Assembly: GCA_963514005.1 (NCBI GenBank)
Contig: OY740826.1
Coordinates: forward strand, 2,542,001 to 2,606,000
Length of the DNA stretch: 64,000 bases
Origin: Raja brachyura
Taxonomy: Eukaryota
Direction: 5' to 3'
The position numbers and the translations under genes were made by a program. Shown piece by piece: positions 12,051-24,631 of this stretch; position 1 is the stretch's first letter, and each line of letters starts with the position of its first letter. The notes under the pieces are model-generated. The model was given only the letters and a program-made list of their open reading frames with translations, did not search any database and was not told where the DNA came from.

Positions 12051-12527
12051 CTGCAAACAGCTACACTGCAAGCAAGCTAACCCATTTAACCCCAGATGGG
12101 GCATGACTTTGACTTATTGGAGGGAGTGCTGTACTGTGGGAAGAGTCCCTCACTATCTCTGCAAACCTATTCTGGCTGTGATCCTATTTCTGGTCTCTGT
12201 AATCCCCTCCCCACCAGCCCCGACACCTCTCCCTGTCAAATTGGAGGTATTTAATCTAACGGGTGTGCCAGCTTCCAGTTCCACAGTGCCATGGTTAGGT
12301 TGCTCATTTGGATAAGAATGCACTGATTCAAGAATTGTTTAGGAAGGAACTGCAGATACTGGTTTGGACAGGCAGCATCTCTGGATAGAAGAAGGATCTC
12401 GACCCGAAACATCACCCATACCTTCTGTCCAGAGATACTGCCTGACCCGCTGAGTTACTGATTCAAGAATGTCTGGAATTGTGCAAGGCAAGTTTGCTGA
12501 ATTAACTATGCAAAGCTTTATAATGAA

Positions 12528-14200
12528 CTAGACCAAGTTCAGACCCGTTGGATCTGTTCCCCCAACGTGCGGTTGCAGGGGAGGGAGGGCGGGGCAGCAT
12601 GTCCCTGAGGGTGGGTGAGGGGGGTAGAGAGGGGCAGGGTCAGGGAGAGGAGCGGGGAAGGTGAGAGGAGAGGGGTTATGGGGAAGAGGGGAGGAAAAGG
12701 AGGTGAAGGGGAGAGGAGAGGGGGAGAAAGAGGGGTAGGGGAGGGGTGGAGAAAGAGGGGTAGGGGAGAGGTGGAGAGAGAGTGGAGGGGGAGGGAAAGA
12801 GAGAGAAAGGAGAGGTGGGGAGAGAGAGTGGGTGAGAGAGAGAGAAAGGAGAGGGGGAGAGGTGGGGAGGGGAGGGAGAGGGGGAGAGTGGGGAGTGAGG
12901 GGAAGAGGGGTAGCAGGGAGTGGTGCAAGAGCGAGGGGAAGGGGGTGGGGGGGAGATGGGGATGAAGAGGGTGGGGGAGAGTGGGGGTGGGAGTGGTGAG
13001 GAGAGTGGGAGGTGGAGAAGGGGAGAGGGAGGAGGAGGGGGGGTGGGGGGAAGGTGTGAGAGGGTTCAGGGAAGGGTTGAGAGAGGGGTGGGAGGGGAAG
13101 GGGAGAGAGGGGGGAGAGTGTGGAGGGAGGGCGAGAGGGGTAGGGGAGAGAGAGGGAAGAGTGGAGGGAGGGGGAGAGTGGTAGGGGAGGGGGAAGAGTG
13201 AGGAGGGAGGGGGATAGCGGAGAGAGCGGGAAGAGTGGGGAGGGGAGGGAAGGGAGGGGGGAGAGAGGGGTGGGGGAGGGAGGGGGAAAGGTGGGGAATG
13301 GGGGAGAGAGAAGTGGAAGTGGGGAGGGAGGGTGAGAGGTGTAGGGGAGAGTGGTGGAAGTGGGAGAGAGGGAGGGGGAAGGGGGAGTGGTGGAAGAGGG
13401 AGAGAGGAGTAGGGGAAAGGGTGGGGGAGCTAGGGAGGGAGGGGAGAGAGAGGGTGGGGGAGGGAGAGAGGTGGGGTGGGAGGGGGAGGGAGGGGGAGAG
13501 GGGTAGGTGAAGTGGTACAGTGCCCCCCTAGTCACATGTGTGGGGGATATTAGGTGGTACAGAGTCCCCCTAGTCACATGTGTGGGGAAGTGGTACAGTG
13601 TCCCTCTAGTCACATGTGTGGGGGAAGTGGTACAGTGTCCCCCTAGTCACATGTGTGGGGGAAGTGGTGCAGTGTCCCCCTAGTCACATGTGTGGGGGAA
13701 GTGGTACAGAGTCCCCCTAGTCACATGTGTGGAGGAAGTGGTACAGTGTCCCTCTAGTCACATGTATGGGGGAAGTGGTACAGTGTCCCTCTAGTCACAT
13801 GTGTGGGGGAAGTTGTGCAGTGTCCCCCTAGTCACATGTGCAGGGGGGGGGTGGGGCAGCATGTCCCTGAGGGTGGGTGAGGGGGTTAGAGAGGGGTGTG
13901 GTAAGGGGAAGGGGAGGGGAGAGGAGAGGGGAAGGTGAGAGGAGAGAGGTTATGGAGAAGAGGGGTGGAAAGGGAGGTGGAGGGGAGAGGAGAGGGGGAG
14001 AAACAGGGGTAGGGGAGAGGTGGAGAGAGAATGGAGGGAGAGGGAGAGAGAGTGAAAGGAGAGGGAGAGAGGTGTGGAGAGAGAGGGGGTGAGAGAGGAG
14101 GGGGAGAGAGAGGGAAAGGAGAGGGGGAGAGGTGGGGAGGGGAAGGAGAGGGGAAGAGTGGTGAGTGAGGGGAAGAGGGGTAGCAGGGAGGGGTAGCAGG
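12528..14200 (-). mobile_element. Non-autonomous Helitron 3' portion (G/C-rich, with 37-bp tandem array)
   Basis: Minus strand ends with hairpin cagatcc-aac-gggtctg, then aacttggtCTAG, then T. Confidence 0.6.
13507..13840. repeat. ~37-bp minisatellite, ~9 copies
   Basis: Unit ctagtcacatgtgtgggggaagtggtacagtgtcccc. Confidence 0.95.
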
Positions 14201-14821
14201 GAGTCCTCCTCGCCATATGAGCCTCTGCCTGAGGCTGTTTGGGGAATCCTAGGGGCATGCGACCCCGATTGGAATACTTCATGGCTCATCATTGTCTGAA
14301 GCATTCTTTCCATTTGATCTAGACATCCCCATACCTTCTTGTTGGAAGGAGGGGAGTCTTCTTCATCAGACTCGTCAGGTAAAATGGGCCTGACAGATTT
14401 CCGGTTGGCCTTTCTCCCTGCTGGAGTCGCCTCAGCACCCTGAGGCACTGGAGTTAATGGAGGCAGTTGAGCTGCCGGCAGTTCTGCAGTCAGCGACGGA
14501 GCTGGCGTTACGGTAGCCGGTATCTCCCTACCCGATCCGCAAGCACTAACCGTGGTCCCGCGAGTTAAACTCCTGCTACGGACGGCAGACTTTTTCGCAA
14601 CTTTCTCCATTCTCTAATGACTGCCGCTGGCTCCTGAGCCAGTCTCACGGAGTTTAAATACCCGCAGAAAGTTTTGAAATCACTTACCTGCCAGTTTACT
14701 ACTTACCGCTGGTGGAGCTGCGCTCTCCAGCCCGTCGGTGTGCCATGCGTTGGACGTAATGATGCACATGTGCCTGGCGGGGCTTCTTCACGTAGTCACT
14801 CACGTGACTCCGAAGTAAAAT
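14200..14821 (-). mobile_element. 5' fragment of a second DIRS family (left terminus and gag start)
   Basis: Minus-strand terminus ATTttacttcggagtcacgtgagtgac resembles the left end at 605; gag-like MEKVAKKSAVRSRS. Paralog at 55440-56041. Confidence 0.8.
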
Positions 14822-15792
14822 TGGCTACAGGTGCCATTACATTTTACATTCTGATCTACACAAGCAGAGCAGACCAGGGGTGGCAGGATTTAAGATCATT
14901 TTCGGATACCCCACGGTCTCACGACTATGTGGGAGGGCAGGCTTGCTATATTATATCCAGGCCACCAGAATCCTAAGAAGTGTGGAATCAGCATTGTTTA
15001 TTAATCGACAAACAACCACACAAGGGAAGGTGGGTTCAGATTATTTCAAGGTGGCTGCAGCAGGTTCTGGTTTATGCAGGTACTAACACTGACGATTGTA
15101 TATCTCATTCCACCAGGGCAGCATCAACGTCAGCGGCCAGGGCAATGGACATTCCCATCGACCATATCCTCGCGACCGCAGGATGGTCAACTGAATTGTT
15201 TTTTAATTTTATTTTTACCATAGGCCGGTTACTGACCCGGGGTTTTTTGCCCATTCTGTTTTGCATCTACTTTAGCCTCCCCTGAGATACAGGGGTTGCT
15301 ATTGATTTCTTTATTAACGTAAAGCATTAATACATTTGAATCAATATCATGTTTAATGCATTTTTTTGATTATTCACTCATCCTGACATTGATTATTCAA
15401 TCAATGCAGTGAGACGCCGAGATTTGGATCTGCGGCATGATATCACAAAGCTTCAAACCCTTCACGGAATCACACACGTGACTCCGAAGTAAAATAGTAA
15501 GATTAAATGAGAACTTACCAGTTTGAAGTTTGATCTTGATTTTATGAGTAGTTACATTGGTGATTACGTGCCCTCCACGCCCAACCCCTCTCTCATAAAG
15601 GTCATCTGGCAGTTCTTGAGTAACGCATCTTACTATGTCACTTTGGTAATTGTTATTTGTGATTTCATACCGCTGCTTTGAAGATTCACGCGCATGTGCA
15701 CTGGTGGGGTTCTTCACGTAATCGCCAACGTAACTCCTCATAAAATCAAGATCAAACTTCAAACTGGTTAGTTCTCGTTTAATCGTACTATT
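14822..15792 (+). mobile_element. 3' fragment of a DIRS element (YR C-terminus, ICR, right ITR)
   Basis: SHSTRAASTS...ILATAGW; ICR ~15460-15570 is complementary to the 3' end; element ends in ATT. Confidence 0.88.
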
Positions 15793-16379
15793 TTCCCCAA
15801 TAAATAACCCGTGCCTGCCTTCTCCGCATATCCCTTGGCTGCACTCACCCCAAGAGCTCTATCTAACTCCCTCTTAAATCCATCCAGTGATTTGTCCTCC
15901 ACTGCCCTCTGTGGCAGGGAATTCCACAAATTCACAACTTTCTGGGTGAAAACATTTTTTCTCACCTTCGTCTTAAATGGCCTCCCCTTTATTCTAAGAC
16001 TGTGGCCCCTGGTTCTGGACTAAATAGTATCAGGATTAATCTTGTCCCTGCTCCACTATTAGATGACCATGACTGATTAGTTTTAGTTTAGTGTAGTGAA
16101 GAGAGACACAGCACGGAAACAGGACCTTCGGCCTACCGAGTCAGCATCGACCAGCGATCCCCGCACACTACACACACCATGGACAATTTTATATTGAAGT
16201 CTCGTGATGAGGCTGCATGAAGAACCTGCCAGCTCACATGCGCGTCAATACGTCGTCGATGGCGCGGGATTTGGAGGCATTCGAAAATGAAAAATGAAAA
16301 GATATATTTGAGAATGTTGATTTATTTTACTTTTCATTCCTTTTCTGTTTTCTTTTTCCTCTTTCAATTGAGTTCAAGA

Positions 16380-16760
16380 TGCTGAAAAACCTGAAGCAGG
16401 TGAATCACCTCAAGAGACAGTTCCTGATGGTGAAGCAGATGATCCGGTTCCAAAGCGACTGCTTCGATCCATGACAAGTGATGGTCAACAAACATGGACA
16501 TGGGTGGAAAATTGTAGGTGGTGAATTGGACATTGACTAGGGTGATCTGCTTCCAGCCTCAAGCATCTTGCTAGAATTAACCTACTGTTCATGCAAGAAA
16601 CAAACTGTGAGAAATCAAGTGCAGGGAAAGGAAGATGCTCGTCAACAGCATGGTGTGCCATGTACAGATTTATGTAAGTGTGTTGACTGTAGAAACTCTA
16701 TTGCTGCAAAAGACTTGGAATCTGATGAAGAATATTCAGATGAAGATCAGATGTAATGTA
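16380..16760 (+). mobile_element. Degenerate fragment encoding a CXC (tesmin-like) Cys cluster, probably transposon-derived
   Basis: LLELTYCSCKK...GVPCTDLCKCVDCRN followed by an acidic tail. Paralog at ~57600-57975. Confidence 0.5.
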
Positions 16761-17749
16761 AACAAATAAATTGGGGGAACTAAATGATTATATAAAGTTT
16801 TATTTTAATGTCGCTCGTTTCACTGGGGGCGCTGTACTGACAGCAGCCTCTGCCTGCAGCCCGTTTGTTTTTCCATCTTTTTTTAATTTTTAGTCAGTTT
16901 AAGGTTTGTTTTTGGGGGAGTCTTTAACTTTTATATGTGGGGGAGGTGGGCAGGGTAAGGGGGAAACTAACTCCAAGTCGCTTCCTGGCGGCAACGCGAC
17001 TATTTCTCCGAGTCGCGTCCTCACCCCCCCACCGCATGGCCGACAACCTGGATCGGAGCGGCCTTTCCTTCCGGGGACCGGGAACCGGACCAGAGCTACA
17101 ATAGTGGCGGCACGGCGCTAGAGTCACCACGGAGCGGGCGATGCCTACCTGGATCGCCTCTTGGAGCTCCGGAGAGTTGGGCCGCTGCTCCAACGCCGTG
17201 GAGCTCTGGTTTGGAGAGCTTCCAACGTGGGTGGCGCTGAACAACTCCGTGGAGTCCTGGGGCCATTTGCCGAGGTCCTCCAGCGTTGCATCTCCACCCA
17301 GCGCGCCCTGCGGACTTTGGGAGCCGCAGACTCGAGGTCCAGGCCGCTCAGGACATCCCCCAGTCCCGACGTCAGACTTACATCACCCCGGCGAGGGGGC
17401 CGGAACATCGGGCCGCCCATAGCGGCGACTGCGGATTGCTCGGGGAGGCTCCGACCACGGGTGAACAGTGGGAACATCTGAGGAAGAGACCGACTTTGGT
17501 GCCTTCCTTCACTGTAGGAAATGTTGATCCTGCTGTGTGGGGATGTTTTATGTCGAATTCTATCAACTCTATGTTGTGTTCTTTATTTTGCTGTGTGGCT
17601 GCATGGTGATTTCATTTCACTGCGCCAATTGGCACACGTGACAAATAAATGTATCTTGTTGTATCTTGTTTCTCTTCACTGTTTATTTGGTCAAATTATT
17701 TAAACAATGAGTGAATTACTTATGATAATGGCGTGCTGGTGAATGACAG

Positions 17750-18010
17750 TGCGACAGTCCACCCACCTATCCACAAATACATACATACACACATCCACAC
17801 ACACATCCATCTGTACGCACATTCCATGCATGCACACACATACATGTACACATACATCCACACACACATCCACACACATCCGCACGCAGACATACATGCA
17901 CACATCCATCCACACACACACATACATCCACACATATATCCACACATTTACATCCACACATCTATAGATACACGTTTGACAGGTATACACAGACACAGAC
18001 ATAAACTACA
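17750..18010. repeat. Degenerate (CA)n / CACATC microsatellite
   Basis: Direct inspection; longer paralog at 58995-59345. Confidence 0.9.
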
Positions 18011-18819
18011 GATAATCAAACAATGCAACTCTTTTCGGGTTCTTTTAGGTTAAAGGTAATAGCCCTCATTTGCAAAGGCATAGGCTCATTTGCAAAAATA
18101 TAGGCTCATTGTAGCTTAAAATGAATACTCATTGAGTAAGCATCAGAGCATTCGATTCTTGGTCAGGATGTGACATTTACATCAGAAATAAGACTTTACT
18201 CTTGCAAGTCTGTCTCCCAACCTGGCACTGCCCCAGTCCCACTATGGCCGTGACCCCCACTCTCCCCACTGGAAATCAGTGGGGTTCGGTAAACGGGGGA
18301 ACCCAGAGGATTTGTCCTGACCCTTTAATTACGCAGCTTCATGAACCCTTAAAACCTGGGACCTCTGCGGCAGTCTCATTCATTTTCCTATTAAAGCGAC
18401 TGGAAGATGCCCTGCAGGACAGTCCCGCAGCCTGGCACTGCCCCAGTCCCACTATAGTCGTGACCCCCACTCTGCACACTGGCAGTCAGTGGGTTTTAGT
18501 AAAGGGAGGAACCCACAAGAACTGCCCTCACCCATTAATTAGGCTGGTTCAGGAGCCAGAACTCTGCAGCACTCATTCAAAAAACACACACAATTATATT
18601 CATTATATTATATTTAATGTAATTATATAATACAATTATACTTAATTATGTGTTATACTTAATTATATGTGATTACAGCCATATTCACAAGTCATATATA
18701 TATATAGGTATAATAATGTATAGTTTAAATGGACTGCAACACAGAAATAGGCTATCAATGGTGTAATATGGGTATTGTCCAATAGACGGCGCTGACTTTC
18801 CCGATCTCATTTTCTGGGC

Positions 18820-19045
18820 TGAGGGTCCAATATTCCAGTCGACATCGCTCAGTGCATCCTGCAGCATGGCCTCTGGATGGTCAGACCACCGCTTTATGTC
18901 CCTCGTCACTGCCGCTTCCCGTACTATCCGTTCTTTATACTCCGGCAGCAGATAAATGGCAGCGTGGTCAGATTTCCCAAAAGGAGGGAGAGAAACGGCC
19001 TTGTAGCCTTCCCTGAACGGCGTGTAGCAGTGGTCCAAAGCTCTC
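18820..19045 (-). mobile_element. Rex1-type LINE APE fragment
   Basis: LDHCYTPFREGYKAVSLPPFGKSDHAAIYL. Paralog at ~60130-60355. Confidence 0.75.
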
Positions 19046-19107
19046 CCCCCCTGGTGACTCCAGCACTTTGTACCTATTGAAGGCAGTGAAGGCTTGTATT
19101 TACTTAC

Positions 19108-19170
19108 CAAGAGAAAACATGAAGGGGTAAATCAAATCCACGAGCTTCTGAAAGGTATAAACGGTAGTCT
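19108..19170 (-). CDS. 63-bp exon 2 of the IZUMO-like gene, copy A
   Basis: Pyrimidine tract + tatacag acceptor and G|gtaagt donor; phase 1-1; ETTVYTFQKLVDLIYPFMFSL. Confidence 0.65.
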
Positions 19171-19488
19171 CTGTATAGACTAATGGAAGAGAGAGAGAGA
19201 GACAATGCTGATAAAGCCGGGAGCCGTGGGGTTATCTGAACACAATTAGCTTCTTCCCCACTAAACCCAAACACGTCCACTCTCTCCAGCACATGCTGAC
19301 TATTCCCAGGGTACAAATGTCTGCTTAATAACCCGATGCTCCCTTCCTCACCGCCCCTCCCTCCCTCCGCTATCCATCCCCCTTCCTCTCCCCATCCCTC
19401 CCAACCTACCCTCTCTCTCACTCTTCCTCCCTCCCCCCCACTCTCTCCCTCCTTCCTCTCTCCCTCCCTCACTCCCTCCCCCTCCTAC

Positions 19489-19865
19489 CCATATTTAAGT
19501 CCTTGGAGTAAGTGATAACCGGGTCCAGCTGAGTGGAACATTCGTCCTCAGAAGCCACGATCAGACGCGGTTGACAAAAATGCTGGAGAAACTCAGCGGG
19601 TGAGGCAGCATCTATGGAGCGAAGGAATAGGTGACGTCGCCTACTCCTTTGTTGCATAGATGCTGCCTCACCCGTTGAGTTTCTCCAGCATGTTTGTTTA
19701 CCTTTGATTTTTCCAGCATCTGCAGTTCTTTCTTAAACATCAACAGCGGTTCATCAGGTCCAGGAACTTGGACCAGAGCCGGCGGTCGCAGTTCATACAA
19801 GCGCAGCCCCTGTGAGCCAACACGGCGAGGAGGAGAAACACAGAAGCCAGATTATTCTGGGACAT
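19489..19865 (-). pseudogene. IZUMO/SPACA6/TMEM95-like exon 1, copy A (inserted hairpin, premature TGA)
   Basis: MSQNNLASVFLLLAVLAHRGCACMNCDRRLWSKFLDLMNRC then TGA at the insertion edge. Resumes QPRLIVASEDECSTQLDPVITYSKDLNM; donor G|GTAGGA. Confidence 0.6.
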
Positions 19866-20371
19866 CTTGACCTCGGCGCTGGCTGAAAAACCTTCTCGCC
19901 TTGTGGGCGACATCGTCCGAGAACATCCCCGACGTCAACAAAGGTCTCCAGGATGTCCCGTCACAAACACCAACCCACGCCCCGACACAAACATTGGAGA
20001 CACAGAGTGCTGGAGTAACTCAGCGGGACAGGCAGCATCTCTGGAGAACACGGATAGGGAGAGGGAAGGGGGGGGGGGGGGGGAGAGAGAGAGAGGGAGG
20101 GCGGAGGGAGGGAGAGAGGGATGAGAGGAAAGGGCAGAGGGAAGGAGGATGGGAGAGGGGGAGGGAGGGAGGGGCGGTGAAGAGTGGAGCATCGGGTTAT
20201 TACACAGACATTTGTACCCTGGGAATAGTCAGGATGTGCTGGAGAGAGTGGACGTGTTTGGGTTTAGTGGGGAAGAAGCTAATTGTGTTCAGATAAGCTC
20301 ACGGCTCCCGTCTTTATCAGCATCGACTGTCTCTCTCTCTCTCTCTCCCTCCCTTCCATTAGTCTATAGAG

Positions 20372-20427
20372 ACACTATGGTTTATACCTTTCAGAACCTC
20401 ATGGATTTGATTTCATGTTTTCACTTG
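20372..20427 (+). pseudogene. Inverted exon-2 copy with 7-bp deletion
   Basis: Homologous to 19108-19170; 56 bp. Paralog at 61706-61761. Confidence 0.6.
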
Positions 20428-21718
20428 GTAAGTAAATACAAGCCTTCAATGCCTTCAATCGGTACAAAGTGCTGGAGTAACTCAGCGGGTCAGGCAGCAT
20501 CTCTGAACTCGGATAAGTACAGAGATGAGGGGGAGAGAGGGGGCGAGAGAGGGAGGGCAGGAGGGAGAGGGAGGCTCCCCTCCCTCCCTCGCCCCCTCTT
20601 ACCCATATTTAAGTCCTTGGAGTAAGTGATAACCGGGTCCAGCTGAGTGGAACATTCGCCCTCAGAAGCCACGATCAGACGCGGTTGACAAAAATGCTGG
20701 AGAAACTCAGCGGGTGAGGCAGCATCTATGGAGCGAAGGAATAGGTGACGTCGCCTACTCCTTTGTTCCATAGATGCTGCCTCACCCGTTGAGTTTCTCC
20801 AGCATGTTTGTTTACCTTTGATTTTTCCAGCATCTGCAGTTGTCCCGTCACAAAGACCAACCGTGGCCCCGACACAAACATTGGAGACACAGAGAGCTGG
20901 AGTAACTCAGCGGGACAGGCAGCATCTCTGGAGAACACGGATAGGGAGAGGGATGGGGGAGGAAGGGAGGGATTGAGGAGGATGGGAGAGGGGGAAGGAA
21001 GGGAGGGAGATGAAGGAAGGAGGAGGGACCGAGGGAAGGAAGGGAGGGGCGAGATGGATGGTGGGAGGGAGGGAGAGAGAGAAGGAGGGAGAGAGGAAGG
21101 GAGAGAGGGAGGGTATAGGGAAGGAAAGGTAGGGACAGAGGGAAGGAGGGGAGAGGGAGAGAGGGAGGAAGGGAGGGGGAGAGGGAGGGAGGGTGGGGAG
21201 AGACGGAGTAGAGGGGTGAGGGATAGGGAGGGGCGGAGCGAGAGAGGGAGGGAGGGAGGGAGCGAGAGAGGGAGCAGGGAAGGGAAGGATGGAGGGAGGG
21301 GCGGTGAGGAGTGGGGGCATCGGGTTATTAAACAGACAATTATCAAACAACAGACAAATACAACAGGGATGAGGGAGAGAGAGGAAGGGAGAGATGGAGG
21401 GAGGGAAGGAGGGAGGGAGGGAGGGAGGACGAGAGGGAGGGGGAGACGAGACGGAGTGATGGAGAGAAGGAGGAGGGAGGGAAGGAGGGAGAGAGTGAGG
21501 TTGGGAAGGGAGGGAGGGAGAGAGAGAGCGAGGAAGGGGGAGAGGGAAGGAGGATGGGAGAGGGGGGAGGAAGGGAGGGGCGGTGAGGAGGGAAGCATCG
21601 GGTTATTAAACAGACGTTTGTACCCTGGGAATAGTCAGGATGTGCTGGAGAGAGTGGACGTGTTTGGGTTTAGTGGGGAAGAAGCTAATTGTGTTCGCAT
21701 GACCCCCACGGCTCCTGT

Positions 21719-21897
21719 NNNNNNNNNNNNNNNNNNNNNNNNNNNNNNNNNNNNNNNNNNNNNNNNNNNNNNNNNNNNNNNNNNNNNNNNNNNNNNNNNN
21801 NNNNNNNNNNNNNNNNNNNNNNNNNNNNNNNNNNNNNNNNNNNNNNNNNNNNNNNNNNNNNNNNNNNNNNNNNNNNNNNNNNNNNNNNNNNNNNNNN
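21719..21897. other. Assembly gap (179 N)
   Basis: Run of n. Confidence 1.
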
Positions 21898-21900
21898 CAG

Positions 21901-21963
21901 AGACTATGGTTTATACCTTCCAGAAGCTCATGGATTTGATTGACCCCTTCATGTTTTCACTTG
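21901..21963 (+). CDS. Inverted intact exon-2 copy
   Basis: cag|AGACT...CTTG|gtaagt, 63 bp; ETMVYTFQKLMDLIDPFMFSL. Confidence 0.55.
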
Positions 21964-23299
21964 GTAAGTACATACAAGCCTTCACTGCATTCAATAGGTA
22001 CAAAGTGCTGGAGTAACTCAGCGGGTCAGGCAGCACCTCTGGAAGAACAGGTGATGTTACAGAAGGGTCCCAACTCGACATTTGGGGAATGAAGAACCTG
22101 AGGACATAGGGTTAATATGAGGGGGGAAAGATTTAATAGGAACTTTTGGGAAATGTTTCCATTCAGAGGGTGGTGGGTGTATGGAACAAGCTGTCGGTGG
22201 AGGTGATTGAGGCAGCAACTATAACATTTAAAAGACATTGGGCAGGTACACGGATATGACAGGTTTGGAGGGCTTTTGGACCAAACACAGGCAGGTGGGA
22301 CTGGTGTAGCTGGGACATGTTGGCCAGTGTGGGCAAGTTGGGCTGAATGGCCTGTTTCCACGCTGTGTGACTCTAAAACAAAAGGGACCACAATGAGATA
22401 GATTGGAAGGTTGGGAAATTCATCTCTAAGTGATATGGCATGGAAACAGGCCCTTCAGCCCTACTTGCCCACACTGGCCAACATGTCCCATCTGCACTAG
22501 TCCCATCTGCCTGCGATGGTCCAAATCCAAATGTGTCCTATCCATGTACCTGTCTAACGGTTTCTTATACGTAGGGATAGTCCCTGCCTCAAGTACCTCC
22601 TCCGGCAGCTCGTTCCGTACACCCTCCACCCTTTGTGTGAAAGAGTTACCTCTCAGATTCCTATTAAATCTTTTCACCGATGTCCTCTGGTTCCACTACT
22701 TGGGCCAAGAGATTCTGAGTGTCTACCCGATCTATTCCTTTTATTATCCCCCCCCCCCCCCCACTATTATAAGATCACCCCTCATCCTCCTGCACTCAAT
22801 TAATCTGATAACAGAGGGGATGAATCCTTTCCTGAATCTGGCGGTCGCTCTTTCAAGCTTTTGTATTTAGATTGGTATAGTTTAGTTTAGAGATACAGTG
22901 TGGAAACAGGCCCTTCGGCCCACCGGATCAGCCGCGACCATCGATCCCCGCACACTAACAATATTCTACACACACTAGGAACAATTTTTAAAAACATTTA
23001 CATCAATTTACCTACACACCTGTACGTCTTTGGAGTGTGGGAGGAAACGGAAGGAAGTATACTGTAGTTCAGTAGAGTAATTGGGAAAATACCAAATGTT
23101 TAAGAGGATGTTGCCAGGAGTCGAGAGTCTGAGCAACGGGGACAGGGTAGGTAGGCTGGGACTCTATTCCTTGGAGCGCAGGAGGATGAGGGCTGATCTT
23201 ATAGGGGTGTACAAAATCGAGAGGATTAGATCAGGTAAGCGCATGGAATCTCTTGCCCTGAGTAGGGGAATCGAGGACCAGGGGACATAGTTTTGGTCT

Positions 23300-23860
23300 C
23301 CTAATTTGCAGTTTGATCTACTAATTTGAGGGACATTCTTGCTATTGAGGGAGTGCAGTGTAGGTTCACGAGGTTAATTCCCAATATGGCCGGACTGTCA
23401 TATATTGATAGAATTGAGCGGCTGGGCTTGGATACTCTGGAATTGAGAAGGATGAGAAGGGATCTTATTGAAAAATATAAGGTTATTAAAGAATTGGACA
23501 CGCTAGAGGCAGGAAACATGTTCCCGGTGTTGGGGAGGTTCAGAACCAGGTGCCATGGTTTAAGAATAAGGGGTTGACTATTTAGAACAAATACGAGGAA
23601 ACATTTTTTCACCCAGAGAGTTGAGAATCTGTGAAATTCTCTGCCTCAGAAGGCAGTGGAGGCCGATTCTCTAGATGCTTTCAAGAGAGAGTTTGATAGA
23701 GCTCTTAAATATAGCGGAGTCAAGGGATACAGGGAAAAGGCAGGAACTGGATACTGATTGTAGATGATCAGCCATGATCACATTAAATGGTGTTGTTGGC
23801 TCGATGAGCCGAAGGGCCTACTCCTGCACCTATTGTCTATTTCTATTGTCTGCTGTCTAT
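23300..23860 (+). mobile_element. CR1 LINE 3' fragment
   Basis: DILAIEGVQ.RFTRLIP..AGLSY; (ctattgt)n tail. Confidence 0.85.
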
Positions 23861-24631
23861 TGAATCCGCAATACCCTGCGAGTTAGCATGAAGGACCTCA
23901 GCAAAGGGACTTCCTTCTCACGGGACCAGTTCATCAGGAAGGTATTCCTGGAGGCCTGCAAATTTGGTGCCAAGGACATTTACTGTCTCCAGGACTTCCC
24001 TGGTAATGAATACTTTGAAGTCACTTTCAAGTATCCAACGGGATGGCAGAAGCTGACGCAAGAATCCAGGAGAAGGGGAACAAAGCTCTGCTGTCGCTGC
24101 TGAAGAAGGTGGAAGGCCACGAGACAAAGGACTGCCAAGTGAGCAAGAGCTGTAACCTGTGCAGGGAGGCAGGTCACCTCTACAGGGCCTGCCCTAAAAG
24201 AGCCTGCGCCTATGCACAGGCGATAAGAGGGGCTGTTGCCAACACCCTCAGGGTGGGCGGGAAGCCTCCCACCACTGCCAAGACCCCAGCAGAAAGAGAG
24301 AACAGGGATGAGGACAGCCCGACTATCTCGAGCCCCCAACCGCTGGATAGAGACCCCCAACCCCCTGTCCAGGAGAGAGAGTCGATGGAAGAGGGGGAAC
24401 AGGAGGAGGCATGGCAGGTGGTGAAAAGCAAGAAACACCAGAGGGCTCTTCCCAAAGAGCCAAGGCCGGAGGGAACGGGAAAGTCTAAGAAAAGAGTCGT
24501 CTCCCAGACCGACGCCAGCAACGTCTCCTCGTCGGAGGATGATGCGACATCAAGGACCCGACGACGGAGGCAGAGGAAGAAAACCAGTGAGGAGATCGGA
24601 AAGGGAAAGGGCACGCCTGTTGTCCTCCAAT

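Larger units (their letters stand above)
7455..23050 (+). repeat. Segmental duplication, copy 1
   Basis: Colinear with ~48960-63660 at an offset of ~40.6-41.4 kb. Confidence 0.92.

Noticed and set aside
11578-12315. 245-aa plus-strand ORF (and 53003-53683)
   Set aside because: Antisense to the Rex1 5' region; conserved only because of the duplication.
13507-13840. 37-bp repeat array as a CRISPR
   Set aside because: Head-to-tail units with no unique spacers, no cas genes, eukaryotic context.
17700-18053. His/Thr- or Cys/Val-rich ORFs (also 58936-59370)
   Set aside because: CA microsatellite translation.
18066-18096. Paired ATTTGCAA octamer-like motifs
   Set aside because: Imperfect octamer inside probable repeat sequence, with no linked promoter evidence.
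20808-22016. 402-aa ORF
   Set aside because: Spans a purine tract and an N gap; only the 63-bp exon within it is credible.
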